A stretch of 64,000 bases of DNA, taken from the NCBI GenBank assembly GCA_904063045.1, contig CAJFCJ010000002.1:2909891-2973890 (forward strand). Reading direction: 5' to 3'. The notes below the pieces were generated by a model. That model was not told the origin of the DNA and ran no database searches. It saw only the letters and a program-made list of their open reading frames with translations. This DNA is from Dimorphilus gyrociliatus. Lineage: Eukaryota; Animalia; Annelida. The position numbers and the translations under genes were made by a program. Positions 22,901 through 35,315 of this stretch are shown in pieces; the first letter of the stretch is position 1; each line of letters starts with the position of its first letter.

Positions 22901-25900
22901 TCAGAAATAACAGGTAGTTTTTCTCTCATAAGATTTACTTTGTTTTTAACCAAAGGAACAACTCCATTTGGAGGTAAACCTTTTTCCAATTGGACAACTG
23001 TTTTACCATATTTGGTAGTAGTAGCTGTTAAAGTTTCGGGATCAAGTTCTTCGAATTTCGCATCAGTCCATTCAGAGACGCAATTTTCCCATTCTTCTAG
23101 AGAATCCCACAAAAGTTGCTTCAACTTCAACTCTGCGTGGACTTCTTCTAGTTCTTCGTATTTTGTTACTTCTACTTTAAAGTTCTTTTGATATGACTTG
23201 TAAAGAAAAGCTTTCTGTTGTAATTCTTCCATGGTCTTGTGCATTTTTAATAGGCTGGCTTTAACTTTATCCCTCTCGGCTTTAGGATCAAGAATCATAG
23301 GATTTTGAGATTCCTGTTTAACTTCCTTCAATTCCTTGTTTAAGTCTTCAATATCTTTGTCTAAATGTTTACAGAATTTGTCAACATTCATATCTCTTTC
23401 CGCAAGTGATTTATCTATACTGTTGAGTACGTTATTGATAGACGGGTTTAGTGTCTGAAGAAGAAAAGGGAAATTTTAATTTATCATTGAATTATTAATT
23501 TACAATCAGTGATGTTTACTTGAAATACTGCAAAATCTTCTGGAGGTGTGGGAACTTTAAATTTTTCTATCAATTCATACATTTCAGAGACAATTTGAGC
23601 CTCTTTTTCCAAAGGACCAATCTAAAATATTGAAAATATTTAACCATGATAGTTTTCGATGACTATATAAAATACTAACTCTCTCTTGTACAGTGTCCAG
23701 GAAATTAAGACTGTCCACATATTCAACAGTCGAGGTTGGAAGGAATTCAAGCTTGTATTGAGCATCTTGTAACTCGGCAATTAATCTATCCACTTCCTGT
23801 CTGGCTTTAACTGGTAATATATCATTTACAACTTCCAAACAGCGTCTAGGTGAAGGTGCTAATTTCTCTTTCATTGCAGTTGCATCAACCAACAACAATC
23901 CGAGTAGGCGTTTCTTAATAATAACTTCAACCATTTTTTCTTGACGGTGATATTTAGCCAGAGAAGAGGCGAAGAAATCAACATCTAAAGAAATGAAAAA
24001 GGGAACAAAATATGAATATCTGATCTATAATCAAATGAAAGAGATCCAGTGACACTCTATGAATATTTAAAACATTTCAATTGACAATGATAATAGATAA
24101 AATAATTATATAAAAAGGTGTGAAGGAAGGCATGCTCTGCTACAGATGCTCCTTATTTCTCAAGAAATATGTGAGCCTTACGTAGTAGATAAAGAGCCAT
24201 AATCCAGAACTAGAGATTAGAAGGGGAACATTACAAAGTTTTTGTTTGCTTTTGTTTTTGTTGTAACATTCATCTTTACATTTAAGGAGAGATCAAAAGA
24301 GAAACTATAGTTTTATATATATATACATATATTACGAACAATACATGAACTTTTAAGGGGTACAAAACAGCTAAAATCTCACCATCTTTTGATAAAATGG
24401 CTAAATAATTGATTAAATATAATAATGATATACTGTATATCTAATAAAAAAAGATTTTAGCTTACCGTGGTTTTCTCTTCTTATGGCATCCAAATCCAAA
24501 CTTTCATTTTCCCTAAAGAAATGTCTATATTCTTGGAAAGTATCAGCGTAACTATTTGCGGAATTAAAGGCTGCCATTAAAGCATCTCGAATATTTCCTA
24601 TTCTATCTTGCAAGTGTTTATCATCTTCAAACATAGCCTCCAGACCAGGGCCATCTCCGCAAGTTTTTTCTTCAAATTTACTATTAATTAATGGTCTTGT
24701 AAAGGCATCAAAATAATTATCAGGTACCAAATTTTTTACATCGAGTACACAAGATTGAAATTCATCGATAACTTTCTTAATTTCATTCTGAAATTTATCT
24801 TCATCCGGTTGAAAAATAAGATTTGCTGGTTCTATGAAAAATTCAGTGAGGAAAAGTGGAGGAACTAAATGAGCTCCTTCTTCTTCTTCTTCGTTAGCTG
24901 CTGGAGCTGTTTGTGGTTTTTGCCTAGCACTTTGTTGTCTAACTTTCGGAGGTTCATCCTCTGATCGTGGTATGGCATCCTCTTCAGTAATGACGGGATG
25001 TGTGGACTAAAGTTTGAAAAAGATACTGATTAACCTTATTAAACATGTATAATAATAAAAATTGATAATTTACTTGAATTTCTAAAAGGCTTGGCGTATT
25101 TTCCAATTGTTCTTTAAGATAATTCAACAAAGTTTCAACAGAATTTACAGCAAGAACATGCATAGTGTTGACAATTAGGTAGTCTGCTAATCTTATGAAG
25201 CTACAAAGAAGAATGTGAAGAGATTAGAGGAAGATGCTAGATAGTTAATATTTATAACAAACCAGGTCAATCTCTTGCAATGAGATCTTTTATTTGCTTG
25301 TTCAGTGTAGGTCATCTTATCCGGAGCTTCGCCATAGATATCCATATCATAAACGCTATTCTGAGCATAATAACTAGAAGCTGTTCCTGGTATTCCTCCT
25401 TCTATAAAGAATAGAAGCATGTTAATGGGAAATTTGATATAGTGTACACTAAGAATTCTTTACCCATGCCAGGACTCTCGGAGGAGTCGTAAAAATAATC
25501 ATCCGGAGTAAAACCCGCTTCTAGTAAAGCAGTTCTACAAGCTGATCTAACAACTTCTTTCACAAGTTCACGGAATTCTTTTAGACGTTCAGAGACTTCT
25601 TGTAACTGGTTATGTTGAGCGGAGCAGAATTCGTCCAATCTATAAGTGTGTCCCTTTTCGACCTTACACAAGCCCATATCGCTGATACGATAGCACATTT
25701 CACGGACATTTAAAAGTGCCGGTCGTAATGACTATTAAATATATAAAAATGGATTTAGATAAGAAAGAGAACGTTTTTTCATTAAATCTCTCTACTCACA
25801 GAATTGACAATAAATAAATTCTCCGTTAAAGCCTTCTTACAATCCTTAACTTTCGTTGTTCTAACGTTATTACGCCAAACTGTGAATGCTTTCCACTTGC

Positions 25901-27096
25901 GGAATAATTTGAAAACTGGAATTTTAACAAGCCGCTGAAAATATTTATATTCTTGTTCCCATCTATCTAATGGTGTAAATTCAGTTTCATCATCTGCTCT
26001 CATCCTTATAACACCTTTCTGACTGATTGTACAATGGTCTTCTTTACTGGCTTTCTCATGTTCACAGATTCTATTTTAGTGTTTTTTAATGATTATTTAA
26101 TTATATCATATTCTTTATGAAACTTACTTTAAATTATAATAATGATAATCTACTGAATCCTTGCTCACTGCAGGAGTTAAATAAAAGAATCCAACAGAAG
26201 GATTCTTCCTGATTATCTCAATGATTTCTAATGGTTTGTTCAATCCGTTGTAATTTGTTCGAACTATATTTAATTTTCTTATTAAAAATCAGATAAAATA
26301 ATTTTATTAAAGTACACTTACACGACGGATATACTTGCGCTGGTTTACTAGCCGAATCGGCGTGGCCAGTTCCTCTGGGTGTTCTTGCCGGAGGTGGAGG
26401 AGGTGGAGCCGGTGCTAAGACTGATACAGGCCTTGGAGTAGTTAGTTCATCCTTTTTAAAAAATATCCCATATTAATTTTAATTATCATTCAATTAAGTG
26501 AAAAGGCTTTTTTTGACTAGTCTCACACAGTGATAGGGAGGATATATTAATACAGTTTTGTGATTATTATTATCATTGTTATTATTATACCTTTTCTAAA
26601 CTCATAGATTTTTCTAAGTCAGACTGTGTTTTAATGATATTTATTAATGATTTAAATATTCTTTGTACAATATATCTACCTGTTTCCTTTGTAGTTCTTC
26701 TGGAAGTCTAGGTGGGGGTGTAATGATTGAATCTCTCAGTGGCTCAACTGCTCCAATCTTTTTCCTCTTCTGATAAGGTTCGTCATCTTCTGTTGTACTA
26801 TAATCCTGTTCTAGTAGCTTTTCCTTGGCCTTCCTTTGTATATACTCTGGACTTTGTTGATTTTGATAGCTTTGCAATTGTGGCAAGGGTTCCAATTTTG
26901 CAGCTGCGGGTATAGCAGCGCTACGCAATTGCGCTTGTGTCGGTCTTTGAAAAGTTAATGATCTGGATGGCGTTTCTCTTATACCTTCTGGTTTTGAGCT
27001 CAGTCGTGATTTCAGTTGTAATGACAACGATAAGTTGTTTGTCTCTCTTGGAGGATGGGGTTTTCTTTTCTCAAATAAAGCACTTTCCCCATTCAT
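10950..27096 (-). CDS. DNAH6: Axonemal inner-arm dynein heavy chain 6 (multi-exon)
   Basis: Four P-loops: AAA1 [11 protein letters not shown]2 [12 protein letters not shown]3 [11 protein letters not shown]4 GVGGCGKQS; stalk/MTBD; AAA5-6; C-terminal ALLCQLSE* (TAA 10950-10952). The N-terminal [10 protein letters not shown] and [21 protein letters not shown] match the DNAH6 orthology group as recalled. Confidence 0.93.
17367..17498 (-). other. DNAH6 AAA3 exon B (canonical-type variant, 132 nt)
   Basis: ttgcag|GATGTT...TTCACA|gtaaat; encodes [44 protein letters not shown]; phase 0-0. Confidence 0.92.
17525..17644 (-). other. DNAH6 AAA3 exon A (duplicated, putatively mutually exclusive variant, 120 nt)
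   Basis: atctaag|GATGTT...ACAAAA|gtaagc; encodes [40 protein letters not shown]; phase 0-0; only 26 nt from the exon B acceptor. Confidence 0.8.
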
Positions 27097-27266
27097 TTCT
27101 ATAATCTATTTATGATGAGCTTTGTTTTAACGCATAAGAATATTTAAATATCCAATTAATATATCGAAATGAAATCTTTCACTTGTCACTTGGTTATTTA
27201 GATGAACTAAGAAGAAAATTCATCGAAATTATGTTTCAATAAGTTTTCCGCCATAACACAACTATG

Positions 27267-27279
27267 GTTGCTGAGCGAC
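27267..27279. promoter_or_regulatory. RFX X-box-like motif upstream of DNAH6
   Basis: GTTGCTGAGCGAC, one mismatch to the GYTRCY-N-RGYAAC X-box, ~170 nt upstream of the DNAH6 ATG. RFX control of motile-cilia genes is established. Confidence 0.55.
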
Positions 27280-27370
27280 AAATAAACTGGTTGAACACCT
27301 AAAGTTGATGTAGCATGGTTACGAGCTCCCAACTACCAGGTATTTTCGATATCAAGCGTTGATCAAGAAT

Positions 27371-27394
27371 CCTCGTCCTTTTCCGCTTCCGCTT
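27371..27394 (+). promoter_or_regulatory. Polypyrimidine (TCT/5'TOP-like) initiator of RPL37
   Basis: cctcgtccttttccgcttccgcttt immediately upstream of the ribosomal protein ATG. Confidence 0.65.
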
Positions 27395-27403
27395 TGATAT
27401 AAG

Positions 27404-27861
27404 ATGGTATGTACTAGTGATATTTTATAAAATCTACCTAAATCTTCTCTATTTTAAAGTTCTAATATACAAGTCGTATATGTTGATTTCAAAACATATT
27501 TGATCTTTATATTAAACCTAAAATATTATGAGATATGTTTGTAATAAAGTCGCATCTTTTAATGTAGACGAAAGGAACCTCGAGTTTCGGTAAGCGGCAC
27601 AACAAGACCCACACCATTTGTAGAAGGTGTGGCCGAAGTGCTTATCATATCCAAAAGAAGGATTGTGCAAGCTGCGGATACCCGCAAGCCCGAAAACGCT
27701 CCTTCAACTGGAGTGAAAAATCCAAGAGACGCCGAACAACTGGAACTGGACGTATGAGACACCTCAAGAAAGTTCAACGTCGATTCAACAATGGTTTCAG
27801 AGAGGGAACCGTCCCTAAGCCACGCAAGGCTAAGGTTCAGGCCGCCAGTGCTGCTAAATAA
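27404..27861 (+). CDS. RPL37: 60S ribosomal protein L37 (ATG exon, intron 27407-27567, exon 27568-27861)
   Basis: [40 protein letters not shown]...[13 protein letters not shown]; ATG followed directly by the intron, as is typical for this gene. Confidence 0.97.
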
Positions 27862-28253
27862 ATTTGTTTGCAGTTGGATGTTTCAATACAAATGAAATGA
27901 AAACCAAGAAAGGAAAATAGTGTTGTTTTTAATAACGATCCATTGCTTTCACTAATTAATAGCATAGAGATAAAAGTACCAACGGAATATTTAGCGGTAA
28001 CTATATATTTCTATGAAAAACACTAGCCGCCGACGAACTTCCCTTTAAACATAGACAAGCAATAGATAAACTCGAAACTAGGCTAAATTTTTCTCAACTT
28101 ATATTCTGTTCAATACCACTAAAACATTTATAATTTAACTAAATAAAACAGGCAACACTGAAATGAAAACATTGTTCACAAATCTTTACAAAAGAATATA
28201 ATGTAGTAATGTTTATGAAAAGTTCTTATAAGAATGTATGTTGCTTAAACAGC

Positions 28254-29208
28254 TTATTCTTTATCTTTCTCAGACATGTAAGCATCCAATTCGTGATCTA
28301 AAGCCGATTTTGTACTGCCCATGTATTGATCCAACTCCTTATCCAAATCTTCTCTTGTGACATTCTTTGCTCCACCACGTCCTCTTCCTCTACCTCTACC
28401 TCCTCTACCTCTACCTCTTCCTCTGTTTAATTCGAAAATGAATCCCATATTTTCAATTTTTCCAAATTTCGGCATTTTTAATTTGTATTACCTAAAAGAG
28501 CCTCGTCCTCGTTGTCCTTGTCCTCTTCCTCTGGGTCTCCCACCACCCCTCTGGCTGAAGCCCCTACCACCACGAACCTCTCCTCTGCCTTTAGGATGGA
28601 AGTTTGCCCTATTATGGCCTCTAAATACGCCAACGCCACGTCCTCGGAAACCTCGACCACGACCTCTTCCTCGCTTAGCTAGTAATTTAGCTTTAGCTTT
28701 TAGTAATAAATTTTTTTTTAAAGGGTTTCCAAGTCTCTGCTTCAGACTTTTCTACAAAAATAAAATAAAAAAGCCTTGATAATTTGACGATTGATCCCAT
28801 GATCAGCAGTGGTTAAAAATGTTGCCAGGGTATAAGAATTATTTCCAAAACGGTAACACAGAATTTTGTTCACACCTTTTTTAATTTTAATGCAGCCATT
28901 ACAGCAGGTCTGTTCTCCATTTGCAACGCCAATCTCTTGTTCGCCCTGCTTACATTTAAAGCAGCTGATAGCCTTTGACGAACACCTCGAGCATTGCCAA
29001 AATTTCCAGCGGATTGTAGATTACCTCTTGGAGTAACAGTCGCTGCCGGAGGAGTCTTTATCGAAGAGAATCTATTTGTTGTTAAAAATTTCCTTGTTTC
29101 CTTTTTTGTCTCATGTCGTTTTTTATTTTAAGTAAATTTTTTATCTCACCGATCGTTCAGGGTCATTTTAGTTGTATTACGCAAAACAATTCTTTGTGGA
29201 GCCGACAT
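28254..29208 (-). CDS. CHTOP: Chromatin target of PRMT1 (FOP/C1orf77-like), 4 exons
   Basis: [56 protein letters not shown]-rich core and C-terminal [20 protein letters not shown] duplication. Confidence 0.92.
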
Positions 29209-29838
29209 TTCCAGTTTTTATCTACTGCTTAAAAGAGAAAAAATCATCGATGACGTAGGCAAGAATGAGAAAACATCTCTCATCTCAGAAGTTTCTATCA
29301 ATTATAAGGTATCTTACTAACCGAACGACAGCTATAGCGGTAATTGAATAATTATACGGAGTGCCTTTTTGACAATTGTAGAGCTAATATAGTAAAAAAG
29401 AAAAAATGAATTGCGCCCTAGTCAACAAAAAAAATGGCGTAAAGTGTACAGGTAGTAAGGCTACCGGAAATGCTTTGTACTTCATTTTTAGAAGTGGATA
29501 CCTAATCCATTCTAGGCGGGAAAGTTTAAAATTCAAACAGTCCAGAAATAAAGTTTTCCAATAAAGACTAAAGCAAACACGTGATGTATAATTTCAGATG
29601 TTTTTATTATCAACAAATACACAAAATGCATCGCAGAAATAAATCAGCCAAAATAATGCAGAAAATATATCTAATAACGTACAAGTGCCATTGCATTTAC
29701 CTATTTAGAAAACCTGATTGTTCTTCAATTTCGATCCGATATTTGTCAAAAAAAAATTAAAATGTAAAATAAACAGAATTTAAATTGTTTCAAAAAATGA
29801 AAATTGCTTTTAAATTCAGTAACTAGATTCCTTTACAA

Positions 29839-31469
29839 TTAAATTGAATCAGAATTAAACCCAACAACAAAATCAGGATCAATTACACTTAGACCTTCTT
29901 GATCGGGTAAACCAACTGAAGGTGCCAGCTGAACAGTATCATTTGCAAACACTAACGATTGTGGTATGTTATTGCCAGCGCTGACTGGTACAGCATGAAC
30001 AACTATATGGTCTCTTAAACTGTTGGCTGATGTAGTTAATAGGCCTAAGGCGCTATTGGCAATTAAGAACTGCTGCTGTTGAACAGTTGAAGGGGTTACA
30101 ACGATTTCATTTTCGATTTCTTCGTGCTTCTCCTGCTCTTTATCACAATCTGCTTTTTCCTTTTCCTCCTCGTCATCATCTATTATAACATTTTGATCGA
30201 AAACAATGTTACTTTGATCTAATATAATCGATTGATTGAGTGAGGTTGTTTGGTCTAGGAGAACAGCATTGTCAATAAGTGGCGGAAGCGTTGGTAAAGT
30301 TAGTATTGATACAGTTTGAGATGTGTCACTATCGTTTTCACTTGACAACCTATTCCCTAGTGATGATTGAGAATTAGTTAATCTTGTTTGCAATTGCTTT
30401 TTAACGTTTTCAATTAATTGGGGCAGTTTCATGTCTGAGTAAGCATTAACGTGTCGCTTAAGAGACCACCATTTGGCTCTTAACCATTGAGGGCTTCTTG
30501 CGCTGGGCCAGTCTTGAAATATAGCAGTCCAATTTACGTCATTATCATTGTCGACTTTCAAATGTTGCAGTATATCGAGTAACTTTAGATCGTCATCTCT
30601 AGACCATTCTTTACCGCCGGAGTGTTTCCAGGAAAGGTAATTTAACCATTTCGTCCTGCACTGCTTCTCCGATCGCGATTCAACTTTATCAGCAACTTTT
30701 GCCCATTCAATACCGTGAACTGCAGGAACGCCTGTAGTCTGTCCTTGGAGTTCCTAAGTTTTCAATAATATCTTTTTGAATGGGGGAAAAATAGAAAATC
30801 TAACGAATACATTACCTGTATTGCTTCTACTAGGCGTGCTTCCTCGTCAGGCATCCACTTGCCCGTGTTGCTTTCTCGAAGAAGGCGCATTTTATCTTTA
30901 ACAGATGAGGCGCTTCTGCCCATCTCCTGCCCAATTTTCGACCAGTCTTTACCATACTTTGTTGTGAGCTTTCTTAACCGGTCAACCTCCTCCTTTGAGT
31001 ATTTTCCCATATGATTTTTCTTGTCATACATTCTCAATAATCGCCTATAAACGGAGAAAAGAGGCCTCTCCAAGCCTTTAGCACACTGGCGATAAAAATC
31101 TTTCCTCTCCTCCTTCTGCATGTCAAAAATTACCCTAGTAGGGTCCGTAATAGAATTTTTTTCACAATACTTTTCGACATTTTCCTTAAGAATGTTAACT
31201 TCATCTTTCGTCCACTGACCAGTTTTCCAATTTTGGCCCTGACCTTTACGAGATTCTTTGTCATCTTTGGAAGTGAACCAAGCCTGTGTTATATCAACAT
31301 CCGTTGAGGAAGCCTGAGTTTTCTTTTGATGATTTGAATCCATTTCGACTTCGCATTCTTGCTCAATTTCTTCCACACTCTGAACATGAATACAAATACG
31401 GTTTCCACCCCTTTCAATATATTCAACATCATCATTTGACTTAGGGACTATGACTTCAATATTGTCCAT
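29839..31469 (-). CDS. DMTF1: Cyclin-D-binding Myb-like transcription factor 1 (2 coding exons, intron ~30760-30815)
   Basis: QAWFTSKDDK, GQWTKDEVNILKEN, KEERKDFYR, RPLFSVYRR, Myb repeats, QCRTKWLNYL, RSPQWLRAKWWSLKRHV. Confidence 0.9.
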
Positions 31470-32135
31470 CTAAAGAAAAAGTAAAAAAAGGAAATATTTA
31501 ATATATTAATAGGGAAATCAAACGTTTAGATAAATCCTCTAGACTAATTAGAAGATAAACTACTATAATAAATATTTGTTAGGAAAATGAATTATAATAT
31601 TTTATATCCAGATTAATAAGATAAATATAGTTTTATCTAGTGTATTAACATTTTTACTATACAAAAAGCTTATTTTTTCGTTTTTAATCAAGACAAATAT
31701 ATAAAGATTATAAGTTTTCCTTCCCAAATTTAATAGCAAAACTCTTAAAACATGCCTTAATTAAATGAAACTGAAAAAAAAAAATAGAAAAACAGGAAAC
31801 AAAGAAAAGGTCAGGTAGAATTTCTTTCTCCATTTTTTAAATGAAACCCTTAATATGTTAGTTCATAAATAAAGTTTGTTCCTTATCAAATAATTTAAAT
31901 ATATAGTAAATTAAAAACAAAACAAAAATAAAACAACATAGTAGTCAACTACGTCATTTCTTTAATGTGGTTTGTTTATTGTACTACATTTTTTCCTTCC
32001 TGCAATATAATATATATATACAGTATACATGTTAACTGTTCAATATAAAATCTTATCGATATCTATTCTAGTTTCTTATTACAAAACGATTTAATGATGC
32101 GTTATTTTTCTTATTTTCTTCCTGTGCTCTATATT

Positions 32136-32143
32136 CTCTCTCC

Positions 32144-32206
<63 letters not shown>
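32136..32206. repeat. Compound (CT)n(AT)n microsatellite
   Basis: Read directly from the sequence. Confidence 0.95.
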
Positions 32207-33513
32207 CAGTATATATTTATATACAATAGGTATAAACAAATCACCAATTAAACCTAAAATTAAACCTAAAAGTAATTGAAAATTAATTTCCATTTGATAT
32301 CCATGTTTTAGAGCTTTTAGATAAGAAACTAACTTTATTAGATATTATATTAGAATCACCTATTGCGTAATACTTCGTGATATTTTCTGGTTTCTTTAAG
32401 CAATTGATTATGAAGAAAGCGTTATAGAGTGGTACAGTAATATTATACCTACGAATATATGAAGATAAAATATTCGATTCATTGTTTGTCTGAAAGTCGA
32501 TCGATTTTAGGGTGAAAACTTGGTTGAAATGATTTAATTATATAATCACAATATTCTATCCATTTGAAAGATGTTGAAATTTACTATTTATAAAATAATG
32601 GAATTTATAGATTTCATCTTTTTTTAAGAATTATATAAATCTTTATAGATTATTTTCTAGAAGTCTGCAATGTACTGCAAAACTTCCTTAGAATAGGTGA
32701 AATATTGGACGTCTGCCAAAACAGTGCTGGCAGACATCACATCAAATGGCAAACACAAATTTCTTATCGAGATAAAAGACTGTCATAGAACGAAAAAGTG
32801 AAAAAAAAACAATAAATCAATTTTAGAATTCTGATAGCACTCACGAGGCCAAAAAAACCGTGTTTTCGTCCGGGCAATTCGCGAAGTACCAGGATGGCGT
32901 AGTCGCGTAGGAATACAACTGAAAAATCTACTTTTAGGCCTAGCAACTCAAGAAAACAAGTCCCAAGAGTACTAAATTTGGGGAAAATGTACGATTGCTT
33001 AAATTAGTTATTTTAATAATTTTCTTTTACTGTTTTTAACTAAATTTATTTATAAGCGTAATAAATATTTGTTTTCCGACTTTCCGCGGTGGCGGGGGGT
33101 TTCATAATTGGAACAGCGTATATATATATACATATATATATATATGCATATATATAGATAGATATTAACCAATTGGTAGCTAACAAATATAAAAATAAAA
33201 GTATACGTTGAAGGAAAAAAAATTAAAAGTCCTTAACATTTACGTGCTTTTTAAATGATAAAAAACTTAGTTTTAATGATATATTTTTAACGCGAGGATG
33301 TTAATTGAAAGCAATAGCAGACACCATAACCGGAAATAGCCTACTCTACTGATTAATTTCGTTCGTTTTCGCTCAATTCGACAAATAGTAGATTGCCATT
33401 TGTACTTAAAATTTAATTTAAAGTACGAAACTATTTTAAATTTATATGAGATATTACTCAAACTTAATCTTGTGACTTTAAATACATAGACAAATCCCTT
33501 AAATTTCAGGGTC

Positions 33514-35315
33514 ATGGCACTGACTAAGAAAAGTGCAAAGGAATATGAAAATATCTCCATTGATGATTTGCTTGAGCAGCTCACTGAAGAGGATATAGAG
33601 AAACTAAACCAAGAGCTATTCGATCCGGACGTATGTAATTTTTTTTGCCTTTGCGATCTACTTTAATAAACGCTTTTATGACCAGGATTCAGATATTCCT
33701 GCAAGGGACAGATGTGCTTATAAATTGGACAAATCTCCATCAGCTAAGTTTGATAGAAAAAAGTTATTAGAGCATTTGGAAAAGACTGCTAAGGAGGATA
33801 AAGATTGGCCTGAAAATAAGCCCTATACAGGCGAAAAAAGAGGTAAAAGAGTACTAGAAAAAAAAGCAATCGTTATTTGTATTTAATTTCGCATTAAGCA
33901 AATAAAAAATTATTTGTTATCAAAGTATTAGGAATTATTCAAAATTACTATAGGTCTATTCTTTGTACTGCGTTCTCGTTTCATTTTACTGTGTAAAATC
34001 AAACACTCTGATCTGTTTACACTTTAGTTATCTCCACTCTCATCTTCTTTAAGCCTAGATAAACTACCTTTTACAAATTCTTAAATTCTATTCTTTATAG
34101 GAAAAGTATGGCAACCAAAGGAACAAGAAATCAAGGATTTAGATGAGACTGAAAACGATTTTAACGATGAAATGTGGGAAGCTGTTAAGGATAATGCAAC
34201 TGAAGAGGATTTAGTAGAAATTGCTGGTAAGTAACACGTTTTCTGTTTGTTTATTTATTGTTCTTTATAAAAGAATATTTTGCATTTTTATAGCTTTACT
34301 CGGTATACCGTCCCTGATCAGTCAAACCCAGTATCATGCCGCAGTCGTCGGTGGTGACAAATCTAATATCGACTCGACTGTGAAAGGAGGTGGATTTCAT
34401 AGTAAGTGATTTATACATATTCTATATATTTTCAGGTTCCATTTGTATTAAGTAAAAGCATTTGTAAAATAAGAACAAGGCGTAGTTTCAAATGTTCATA
34501 AACAATGAAAAGGAAAATGTATTTGGTTTTTATTTTCATCTTTATCCCTGTATTTGTGTAAATAGGTGTGGCAAAACATGAAAATTTCAAGCTTTTCGAT
34601 GAAGATCCTCATAATAATACCAATGTTGAAGAAGCTCTTGAAAATATAAAGGCTAACGATCCAAAAACAACAACTATTAACTTAAACAACATTACTGTAA
34701 GTATTCAAGTGTTGTTTGGAAAAATTTTATTATGTTTCATTGTTTTTTTTTTAAAGAAAATATCAGAAGAAAGATTAATTCTATTCGCTGAAGCCTTGAA
34801 AACAAATACGAAGTTGGAAAGATTACAAATGAGCAATGTTAGAATGACTGATAAAGTTGGTGCTGTTCTGGCCGAAGCTCTGAAAGAAAATAATAATTTA
34901 ATAGAATTGAATGTAGAATCGAATTTTCTATCTGGAAAATGTATTCTTCAGCTGGTTAAAGCCATTAACGAAAATGGAACTCTAAAGGAATTACGAGTTA
35001 TTAACCAGGTTCGTAAACAGTTTCACAATACGAAAAAATTAGATAATTTATTAATATGTCGAATTGATGAAACTACAGAGAGCGCAAGTTCTCGGAAATC
35101 AGACGGAAATGGCTATTTCCAAAGAGATTGAAAAGAATAAAACCATACTAGCCTTTAATATCGAGGTAGCGGCTACTGACGCAAGAAATAGAATTGCAAA
35201 TAGCCTTCAAAGAAACGTAGACGAATCAAGTAAGTTTATTACAGTAGAAAAAATACTAGTTAAATCAACATATATATCTTTATTTTCAGAGAGAGTCACT
35301 CGTATATCGAAATAG
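33514..35315 (+). CDS. TMOD: Tropomodulin (multi-exon)
   Basis: IDDLLEQLTEEDIEKL..DPD, IPARDRC, FDRKKLLEHLEK, YTGEKRGKVW, LRR cap (INLNNI, LNVESNFLSG, LKELRVINQ, VLGNQTEMAI). Confidence 0.93.

Noticed and set aside
27407-27567. snoRNA in the RPL37 intron
   Set aside because: No C box/D box (CTGA) pair or H/ACA hairpins; the sequence is plain AT-rich.
28357-28779. Pro-rich plus-strand ORF (also 61871-62059 and the many short ORFs overlapping DNAH6, IAP and RING genes)
   Set aside because: They are antisense or off-frame shadows of real coding sequence, e.g. the reverse complement of RGG repeats.
32700-32950. gtctgcca/tggcagac hairpin and CpG-rich patch as an ncRNA
   Set aside because: Only a short stem with no tRNA or snRNA motifs; more simply the divergent DMTF1/tropomodulin promoter region.
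34436-34451. Tropomodulin microexon after ttttcag
   Set aside because: The better donor gives 16 nt (frameshift) and the 9-nt alternative needs a weak GTATTA donor; insufficient support.
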